In this document: positions 26,201-35,760 of the stretch, piece after piece
Layout of the letters: each line of letters opens with the position of its first letter
How positions within the stretch are numbered: position 1 is the first letter of the stretch
Source of the DNA: Chromera velia
Lineage: Eukaryota
Reading direction: 5' to 3'
DNA length: 45,827 nucleotides
NCBI GenBank assembly: GCA_018398765.1
Contig: JAHBMJ010000529.1
Span: 1-45,827 of the forward strand
Made by a program: the position numbers and the translations under genes
The notes under the pieces: model-generated
Told to the model about the DNA's origin: nothing
Seen by the model: only the letters and a program-made list of their open reading frames with translations
Database searches by the model: none

Positions 26201-28568
26201 CTCCTTCAAGATCTCCCTTGCTGCAGGGTGCAGGGAGGGAGATGCCATCACTTTCTTATATTCACAAAAGGGGGGCTTCTTTTCCTGTATCCCCTCCTTA
26301 GTTCTCGGGTCAACTTCAACTTCTCCCACCTCCTCTCTTCTTTCTCTCTCAACCTCCGTTTCTTCCTCCTCTCTCTCAATTCTTTCCAATCTGCAGAGAA
26401 AGAAAGGTGCTCCTTTTCTCACTTCTCTCGTGGCCTCTCTGACAGTCATGGGTCCATCTATCCGAGAACTCTTCTTCTCAGGAGTGGTATCCCCTCGAAG
26501 GAGGATCCTCTTTCCTTCGAAGTCGAACCACAATTTCTTCATTTTCGGATGAAAAACGGGATCACGGTCTTCACACCACCGCATCCCAAGAAACAAATCA
26601 TATTTTTTGAGATCGGTGAGAGTGAAGCTGACCTGATCCTCGTATTCGTCAATCTTCAGTCGACACCCATCCGCGGGAACGTATTCGGACACCTGGTGAG
26701 ACGGGTCCCCTGCAAGTGCTCCCTCGCAATCAGTCGGCCTCCCAAACTTGCAGACAGGAAGGCCATGTGAATGAGCAAAGGAAGCAGACATGTAATTCTC
26801 ATCTGCTCCCGGGTCAAACAGGATCGTAACAGGGGTACCGTTCACCATCCCGCGAAGGCGCATCAAAATGAGTCGACATCTGCCATCACCTGGGCGTCCG
26901 ACTCGGGATAGACGCTGTTTGCACCTGCCTACCGGTCCTTTCTGTGCTACCGTGCTGTTCACGGTTCTTGTCTGCTGCAGAGGAACAGAGGGAAAAGAGG
27001 TTGGTGCAGCGTATTCATTCTCGAAAGGAACGGAGGCAACTGGGTCGACTGACCGGGGAAGCTGAGTACCTGGCGGCCTTTGAGGGCCATCACTTTCCCT
27101 CAGAGCCTCTCTCTGAAGGGGTGCTGCGGTTGACCTCAAGTGGTCGGTCTCATGCGCTTCCCCGTCTCTGGACTCCGGCAAGCGTTGGGGGAATGAGTGC
27201 ATATGGTTACAGTGGAAAACGTTGGGTCCTCTCCCATAGATGACCCATGCATCATCCTCTCTCTCCCCTGTTGCCCTCACTGGGCTCTCGCCGTATCTTC
27301 GAGCATCCTCTTTCAGATCTGCATCCCTCTCTCTCTCCTCATCCTTGTCTCCCCAATAGTCATCCTCATACTCATGCTTTTCAGCTTCGAGACAGGCGGG
27401 ACGCACACCTGGCCGTCTCTATGCAGGCCGCTGCCCCGAATTTTGGCTCTGACTGTAGGGAGGCTGGCGTCGCCCCTGCCTGTTCTGTCGTTGATCATAC
27501 CCCCCCCACTGCCTGCGAGGAGGATACTGCTGCTGTTGCTGACTCCTTTGGTTACCCCAGGACGGAGAGACTCCATACTGTTGGTCCTGAATCATTTGCC
27601 TCTCTCCACCCCTTCTCCAATCATTCCTCCTGCCGCCACTGGGCTGGCTGCTGCGGGGGCCCGGGCAGTCGGACTGAATGTGCCCCCTCTCTCTGCATAA
27701 GTAACAACGGCCTTCTCTTCTTAGCTGCTGCTTCTTGGCTCGAGAGAGAGCACTCAGGTCTATGGGGACTGGTTCTCCATTCTTCTTTTGCCCCCCATTT
27801 AACTGCCTATAGTTCTAATGGTTTCCTCTGTTCCCCCCCGCAACTCTCTTCTCTGCTTTCAGTGCTTCTGTGATCAGCTTCGACAATGTGTCTGGATTGG
27901 GGTGAACCCATCCGATCTCATCGGACACTGCTTTGGGGAGACCTGCCTTGTAGTCGTACATCAAGTCCGTCTGAGTCACGTCCGTCAACCGGCATGCAAT
28001 CCCCCTGAACTCGTCCGTGTAATCCCATACCCCCTTCTTCGCACAGATCTGTCTAATCTCGGATCGGAGGGTTTCCTGAACGTTGGGGTCTGGGAAGCTG
28101 CGCCTGAACGTTGGGGTCTGGGAAGCTGCGGTACAATGCCTCCTTCAGTCCTTCCAACGATGTGATGGGGATTCCTTCTGCCCTGGCCTCCTCTGCCAGC
28201 TTCACCTGGAGCGTCGGCGAGAGATAGGTCACTGCGATGGGGGCCTGCTCCTCTGGAGGGGTCTTCGTGATGTGGTACAGGTTCTGTCACAAGGTAATCC
28301 AAGTGTCCACATCCTTGGCCTTCTCCAAAAAGATTTCGGGCCTCTTAGGCTTCACACTGAAAGGCGGAGAGGGACGTGAAACATCGCCAGAATGGCTCTG
28401 GAAGAAAGACTGAACAAGAGAACTCTGATGTCCTAACTGAGCTTTCAACTCAGCAATTTCCTGCTGTTGGTGTTTCGCAATCACCGACAGCTGCTATACT
28501 TGGTTTAAAAGCTGCTCAAACCGTTCTTGGAGTGCAGCCTGGGCCTGCGAGTTTCCTACCAGGTCCAT
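23273..28568 (-). pseudogene. Disrupted gag-pol polyprotein
   Basis: Gag from ATG 28568 with CCHC knuckle CYLCRERGHIQSDC (~27665-27706). Protease ILFDPGA; RT MPFG and FIDDILVYS; RNase H AFASRTL/ELLA/TDH/NTLADALS; integrase HDVPGAGH..CDAC, SMDFI, DRD, GQSE; WYGPF; chromodomain EWEVDRIV...EYHMVWKGY...ATWE. Several stops and frameshifts, including a 28-bp tandem duplication at 28075-28130. Confidence 0.95.
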
Positions 28569-28680
28569 CTCTCACGATCTCTCAACCTCAGTCTGTCAAC
28601 ATGTTGAAACACTTCAATCTGCGCTTCTAACTCCACTCAGAAGCTTCTCGGCCCTTGCCGAACGAGGCCCTGCTAGCACA

Positions 28681-28956
28681 TGAAACGTGATCATAGCTAG
28701 TACGAGGCTCAGATAACAGATAGAAGGTCTGTTCCTAGAAGTGTTCCCTAGAAGTCCTACTTCAAAGTCTGGGTCTCCTGATGGTCAATCTGAATGCCGT
28801 GAACACATGCCATCCTGAAGCTATATCGATTGGAGTGGCTACAGGCGCGCACGCTTCCGCTCAGTCCTGTAAGGCAGGCTCATGCGTTCTCTCAACGCCA
28901 CCGACCGGCCCACGCCAACGCTTAGAGGCGGCGCGGCTACGAGTATTCACATCACA
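28681..28956 (-). repeat. 5' LTR
   Basis: Upstream of gag on the minus strand; followed by PBS-like TGTGCTAGCAGGGC. Confidence 0.97.
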
Positions 28957-29001
28957 AAACTTAACTTTAAATCGATATATCAAAATATTCAACGTCTTAT
29001 G

Positions 29002-29557
29002 ATAGGGGTCTAGATATGGGGGGGGGGGTGGCGTAGTATATAGAGATGTGCCTAGGGGCTATGCCTTAAGGGCGTTATATATAAAGGCATTTTACCGTAG
29101 GGGCAACGCCCCAAGGGTGTTATATTGTATGTATAAGGTCTTAGACAGGCTACATCCCTTTATTGATAAAAAATTGAGCTAAACTCACAAATAATCATAT
29201 TGCGCTAGCCAGATCCAGCCAGTTTACATCAGTTTACGCCCTTTAATATATCATAATCTGGTCGTTAAATCAAAATCAAACATGATTCATTCATTATTGT
29301 GACTCTTGTTTGTTATATGTGGAAGAAGGTCCTTGTACGTCGGCATACATATCTGAATAAAACGGCTTTTGAACGCTCGTGCATATCGTACTGGAAAACG
29401 CTCTCACAATGCCCCCCGACGATTTACAACACCCCTGCAGGGGCGTTGTATATAGCCGTCGGTCGAAGGCCGACGCCCCCTCCCTGAGGCGCTATATACA
29501 TGCAAAGCAGACAACGCCCCTTCATGGGATGTTGTAATAGCAATTCTAGACCCCTAT
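29002..29557. mobile_element. MITE-like non-autonomous DNA transposon
   Basis: Perfect 13-bp TIR ATAGGGGTCTAGA (29002-29014) / TCTAGACCCCTAT (29545-29557), flanked by a perfect 8-bp duplication GTCTTATG (28994-29001, 29558-29565). Contains internal CAACGCCCC-N-GGGCGTTG-type palindromes. Confidence 0.85.
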
Positions 29558-30750
29558 GTCTTATGATGGCGTACAAAGAACAATAAACACTATAGATACT
29601 GTTGTTTTGCATACTATAAGAAGCAATTTGAAGATCTGGAAGAAGAATTTGATTAGGCTGTAATATATATTTATGTATACCATGTAGACAATATTCCTGA
29701 ATCATCCTGACAAAACTCGGTTATAGAAAGCACGATGCGAGGCAATTTTATATCAAATGATGACTAATCAAAACAAATTTTAAAAAAGAAAGAAAGACAA
29801 AAAGAAATAGAGGGGAAATAAATCTGAAAAAAATCTGATCGAATTAAAGTGAACCCCAGATGCCGTGGCCGGCTGAGTCGCGGCTATGCTGTGAACTTGG
29901 GGAGGCCACGGCATGCTTCAATGATGCTTGCCGGGGCCCGCATGCGGGCCGGGCGCGCATGCAGCGCTTTCGGGCATGAAAAAAAAACCCTCAATCTTTC
30001 GGGCGAGACGGAGCTGAGAAGTGTGTATCCACGCAGTCTCTACACCTAAGCTCATGCCAGACAATGCACCACTCTCTCAGTTGGGACCCAGACTTCAGTT
30101 GTACGCTCACCTCACCTGATACTCCGTAAAAGTGAAAAGGAATTGTAATCTGCAGGATTCTCCAGCGATCTGTCGCTGGCAAGCCCCCGTCTCTATTGGG
30201 TGATTTTTGAGTCCAGGGAGACTGGGCGTCGCAGTCTTCATCTCTGCTGGGATTTTTTTTTATTGCGCTCTTTTTATTGTGAGCTGGTCGGAATTTTTCG
30301 AAATTTAGGAGAGCGGAATCCTTTCCATTTTTGGCGGTCCGTCAAATGGTGCTTGTTGATGTGATTCTTCTTCACCCGTGCTTAGCCGTCTCCTTCAGAA
30401 TCCAGTGCAACTGCGTGACAGGTTTTCTTTTTTTTCGCTTCCGATTACGTGTGCCAAAATGGATATGTAACAACCGTGGTTGTTTCGTGGCAGCGGCTTG
30501 TTCAGAATGCGTCAGAATGTGGCCTGATCCTCAGTCGTCCCTTGCACATGTCAAAGCTTAATCGTAAGAATTTTTGAAGCACGAAGATCGACCTCCTTAG
30601 AATTGGTCTCTGACTTCGGCCTCGGTTTGGTTTTTCATCACGCTGTCGGGGACGCGATTGATATCAAAGGACCGTCTTTCGGCTGCCCGCTGCCGCTGTG
30701 CCTCTCGTACAGCCACCATTATGTATCTGCGTGCTCACCTGTCTCTGCAG

Positions 30751-32841
30751 AGAATGGTGAAGGGCGGACTGAGGGGGAAGTCGTCGGGAACAACCGCGAG
30801 GTGAGTTCTTTCCTCACGCTGAACTGTGTAGAGCTAGTCCGGAGGGGAAAGAGAATGAGGGATCGAGGGTGACTGCAACGGAGAGCACAAGGAAACAAAG
30901 GTGCTTGATGACGCCAAGCTTGCGTGTGTGCATTCTTTCTTTTGGACATGTGTGTGCATGCATAATGTCTGTGGTTCTCCTCCGGCCGTCTCCAAGATGT
31001 CTTTTGTGGACGTATCTGTCTTCATTGTTTCACAGGAAGCCCTCGTGCCGACGAAGTTCTCGTCTCTCCGAGAAAGGAGACTTGCAGTGTAGCGGAACGC
31101 GAACCAAAAGTGAGGGGGGGGAAATGAGACAAAGCGAGTCGAGCCCCTGGCCGACCGATCTCGACTACAGAGGATTGATGGATGCCGCGAGATAGAATGG
31201 CATCACATAGACCCAAACTACCCCTCTCTGAAAGGGAAGAAGGGCAGAGTGGCAACCATTGGAGACGGGGTGGAGGTAAAAGAGTCCAAGATCAAGGGTG
31301 CGGGCCTTGGTTTGTTCGCTACCCGTGACTTTGAGGACCAAGAGAGGATCACTGAGTATGAGGGGTGGGAGCACGACAAAGAAGACGTGGACCGAAACCA
31401 GATCCCCTCTACCTTTGCAAGGTCTCTTCGGGGGTCGAACAGGGTTGTTGTCGTCCCCTGTACAGCAGACGGGTGTGCAGATTTGGAGGGTTTGAGAGGG
31501 GGGGCAGGGGTCATCAACGACCCCACTCTCGTCATGAGGCGCGACGGTCGGTTTGACCGTGACCATTCGAAGGACGACCAGATCAATTGCGAGTTTGAAG
31601 AGAAAGAGTACAACCAGGGACTGAAGGCCCGTGTGTTTGCAAAGGCCATCAAGCCCATCAAGGCCGGGGAAGAAATTCTCATATCATACGGTGTCGGATG
31701 GCATCTGTCATTCAACCAACACAAGAACGAATTGCAGAAAGACCGCGACAGGAGAGCGGCACTGGACCCCGCTCCCTCTCCTCTTACGGGGTTGAACAGT
31801 CAGGAGAAGATTACCTCGTCTGCACATAGACACTCACAGGCCCCCCCAGCACCACCAGCAGGATCCCACCCTCAAAGAACCTCCCCTCGTCTTGCCGCCC
31901 CCCAGTCCCCCGACGTCGCTCTCCACCCCCACGCCTTCTCTGCCGCTGCTGGCCCAGGACAGTCCCCGCCAGCCCCCCTTTCCCCCTCCACAAAAAAACC
32001 CAAACACGAACAGCCAGAGTGCTGGAAAGAGCCCGAATTGAAGCTCGAAGAGGGGTTGAACATCTCGGAGCTCTCTGAAGAGCAAACAGCTAGATTCTTT
32101 GGTGGCAGCAGGAGCAGTTGCAGCAGCAGTAGCCAAACCGGTCACTCCTCTTGCTCTCACCTTTCCCGCCTGCCCTCTTCTGCCCCTCCGACGTCTGCAG
32201 GCCCTTTTTCCTCCAGTGCGGTCATTGGGGGGACGGGGAAGGGAAAGAGAGGAAATCAGGCAGTCCTGAAGCTGAGCAAGAGAAAGAGGTAGGGGGTCGC
32301 GGTTTCTAGCAAGAAGCAGCTGCCGCAGTCCAAGAAAAAGAAAGCGAAGGGGGAGAAGCTGTGTAAACACAAGCGGAGGCCGGATCAGTGCAGAGATTGC
32401 GGAGGCGCAGGCATCTGCGAACACGGCCGGAGACGAAGTATGTGCAAAGAGTGTGGGGGGACGTACATCTGCGAACACGGCCGCCGTCGTAACAGGTGCA
32501 CGGAATGTTGGGGTGCGAGCATCTGTCAGCACGGAAAGACACGCTCTCACTGCAAGGAGTGTGGGGGGGAGAGTCTCTCCAAGCACTGCGGCAAGTATCG
32601 CACTTCGTGCAAGGATGGTGGAGGGAAGAGCCCCATGCAGTCAGCAAGTCCATCATGCAGAGAGCTCAATCCATGCAAGAAATGCAGAAAGAAAGACGAA
32701 CCTCTGCAAGCAGCCATGGCTGCTGTCAGCGTAGAGATCGAGTGCAAGGTATCTGCCTGCAGGGAGGTGGAGCGGTGTGTGCACGGGACTGTTCGCACGG
32801 AGTGTGAGAAGTGTCCTGCACCTCTGCAGAGACGGAAGTGA
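30751..32841 (+). pseudogene. SET-domain methyltransferase fused to CEHG-type Cys/His repeats, with in-frame stops
   Basis: SET motifs VKESKIKGAGLGLFATRDF, ITEYEG, GVIND, NCEF and IKAGEEILISYG (~31270-31695). The same frame continues past TAG 32290-32292 into 18-aa C-x-H-x6-C-x2-C repeats ending at TGA 32841. Upstream exon 30751-30800 splices to 31036; further stops at 31090 and 31111. Confidence 0.8.
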
Positions 32842-34814
32842 AGTGACTGCTGTTGCCCTTCTGTCTGTGTGATGTCTCGATTACTCACTGCCTCTAACTT
32901 GACCTACTAGAAGCTCTCTGCTCCGTCTTCCGCTATCTTTCCCCCCTCTTCCGTCCGTTTCTTTTCTCTCTTAAAAGGGTCATCTTTGAGATATCAGAGA
33001 GAGGGTGGGCAAAGAAAAAATGGGGAAACGGACTGGGGCAAGCCTTCAGCTGCTCTACAGAAGAGGGGGGAGACGCAGTTCTGACATGACCAGCATCATG
33101 CAACGTGTGCCATGAAGGAGTTCTCATGAAAGTCAGCTGACGTGGCTTGGATCTGGTTGCATTTGCTTCTTTATTTTCTTTTTGGATCACTCACTGTGCG
33201 TTGGTGGTGTTGCCCTTGTTTGAAACGTTGAACGTTCCCTCACTTTGGGGGGGAAGGGAAGGGTCGTTTTGGGGAAGGGTGTTCAAGCAAGCAGAAGGGG
33301 GGGGCGGGTTGCATGCTGCAGCGGACTGACGAAGCAAGTCGAAAACGTCGGAGAAAGTAAACAGCTAGATGCGTGTACATTTGCCCGAAAGAATTCCGTT
33401 TTCATCTTCCTGGCGTTAGCAATCCACTCGATGTGGTTTTTTTGTTTCGGCCCTTCGCTTCGACCGTCCCACGAGACAATCATGATTCTTTGAAGTGACC
33501 TCCGGTCGTTTCTCTTTTGGTTGCGTCAGACCTTTGTGCTCCCTTCTTGTGCGATTTTTCCCGCCCGATTCTTGCATGTTTGTGTCCCTGGCAACGTACG
33601 GCCTCTTCTCTTTCTCCCGACCCTATGCAATTATGCAAGGCAAAGGACGGAAGGAGTCTTGAACCGGGTCCACTTGAAGAGCTCTTGAATGGAGGGGGAA
33701 GGCAAGATTTGTTCATGAATGACAGTCGCGTCCATCATGAAACGATTGAGTGTATGCACATTCGTCGCAGTGGGAATCTGCATGCATTTGGTCTGCTTGT
33801 TTAGTTCGTCTTCATCCTTCGTTCTCCTTCAATGCATTCGTCGTGCAGCTTCTTAGAGCTTCCTTCGATCAGGTCGATAAGGAAGCAAACAAAATCTTTA
33901 GAAGAGTTATCAGACAGGCAGGCAGGCAGACGAAGCGAGAAAAGCATTGTGCAGGTCCTTTGGGCAGGAAAAAGAAGGGCAGACACTGCAGCGCAATGAG
34001 TATAGGCGTCATCCAATGTCGTCTGCATCTGCAAAATTCCACTTAAGCGATCCTCCTGTTTCTGTTTTCAATATCCGCCGTTCCGCCGAGCAACACTTTC
34101 CATTTTGTAAATGGACCTCCGTCTTTGTCCTTCTCGGTCCTTCTCGTTTCGCCTTATCTGTCCCGACCTGTACATGCAGTGCCCCTGCCGGACCCATGCC
34201 TGCATATGTGTGTCTGTTGCGATGAGGCTGCCCTCTTTTGATAGTCTTTTTGCGTCTACGTTAGTCGCAATCTCAGAGTGCTCATTATTTGCAAAGGCAG
34301 TTTTCTCTCCGTTTTCTCCTTCTTGGGCTTTGTTGCTCGTCAAGATCTGAATGGGTCTACTTCATGACTTTAGAACCGGTAGTTTGTGCTTCAATGCTGC
34401 AGCTACCGATCCCCTTCTTGTCCATTTCGAGTCGAGGGGGGGGCAGATTGCGATGGCTGGATTCGACGGTAATTTCGACCGGACCAGGCCCTAGACCAAG
34501 CCCCGCTTCCTTCTTAATTGACATGGCAAGGCCTAACATATGTACACCGTGACAGTCGGCTTAACTACAGTCTACAGTAAGCATAATTTCAGGAAGCTTC
34601 AAGTTTCCCTAAGAATTTTCTCCAATTAGGCTCTGCGAGATGCTCGAGAAAGCGGCAAAACACTTTATCGATCACTTCCAGAAGTATTCAAAAGTGAACG
34701 CTGTTTTTAGCTTAAATTTTTAGCTTAGTAGTACGTTTTTATACATTTATAAACTTCAATCATTGTTCAAATATGATTGATTGATTGATTGAAATATGTC
34801 ACTGGCAATGCTAA

Positions 34815-35069
34815 CTCTGGAGCTAGGCTCTGCACTCCATTTAAAAAAAAAAAAAAAAGAAAGTTTCCGATTTTTTTTTCTTTTTTTATTTATCAACCAA
34901 ACAATACATGGTTTTTATGCAACACCCCATGCAACACTCTTACAACACCTGAGCAAGAGTTGTTTGCCTGTTGATTGCCTTGATAAATAAAAAAAAATCC
35001 ATATATACAAAAAAAAGTTTTTTCAATCTTTTATTTTTTTTTTATGTGGTGCAGAGCGTAGCTCTAGAG
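34815..35069. mobile_element. MITE-like foldback element
   Basis: Inverted repeat CTCTGGAGCTAGGCTCTGCAC (34815-34835) vs GTGCAGAGCGTAGCTCTAGAG (35049-35069), 19/21 match, plus an inner TTTTTTTATTTATCAA/TTGATAAATAAAAAAA pair. No clear TSD. Confidence 0.6.
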
Positions 35070-35282
35070 CTAAGTCTGAAGTAAGTCATATTCTAAGTCA
35101 TAGTATTAATTCTAAGTCATTTTTTGTAGCTTCATTACAAAAGTTCTACTAAACATAACAATGCATAAAAAAAACTAGAAAAAAAAATTATGCATCTTTA
35201 TTATTTAATCATTCGATCAATTAAGAAAAGAGGTCAGTACAGAAAAGAGGAAGGGCCGAAAGGCTAGGCTAAAAGGAATAAG

Positions 35283-35760
35283 TTGAAAGAAGGCGTTATG
35301 CATTCCATCCATGTATGTCTATCTAACGGAAACCGCCTAAATCTATGGCTTTACAACAACAAAGAGAGGAGTCAGGAAGAAGATACAGATAATTTAAAGC
35401 ATTTCACTATAGATAAAGATAAGACAGGGAGAACCCCCGTCTGTTACACAAAGATAGCCTCCTGGTCTGTCAGCAGATCGAAGAAGAGCTGTATTTCGGG
35501 TAGAAGAAATTTTAAGAAACTTGGAGGTAAACAAGGAAAAGTTTGTGACAGAAGGAGACAGAGGGACTTCACTGACAGAAAGGAAATACATGGTTTGCTC
35601 TGAACTGCTTAACCTTCAAATAGTCGAAGATGAAATCTACTATATGCTGACTGAATGTCCTCTGCATGATGGAGAGAGAGCAGATTGCTTACAAACTTTA
35701 ATCATACATTGGAGTTTGGTGAGAGGGAGAGGGGAAAGAGCTGCAAATAGCAACAGATAG
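35283..35760 (+). mobile_element. Degenerate non-LTR retrotransposon (LINE) ORF2 C-terminal relic
   Basis: FRVEEILRNLEVNKEKF...ERKYMVCSELLNLQIVEDEIYYMLTECPLHDGER resembles the LINE C-terminal 'FR..H.L.IE.GR...ER.C..C...VEDE.H.L..CP.Y...R' zinc motif, with C>Y and H>Y substitutions. Confidence 0.55.

Larger units (their letters stand above)
21823..28956 (-). mobile_element. Full-length Ty3/Gypsy chromovirus LTR retrotransposon (inactive)
   Basis: 276-bp TG...CA LTRs at both ends, 5-bp TSD AAACT (21818-21822 and 28957-28961), domain order gag-PR-RT-RH-IN-chromodomain. Confidence 0.97.

Noticed and set aside
23273..32841. Chromodomain reader and SET writer as one linked module
   Set aside because: The SET gene lies outside the TSD-bounded element with a MITE in between; proximity alone is not evidence.
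33283..34552. Possible minus-strand gene
   Set aside because: Only short, stop-interrupted frames with no recognisable domain or consistent exon chain.
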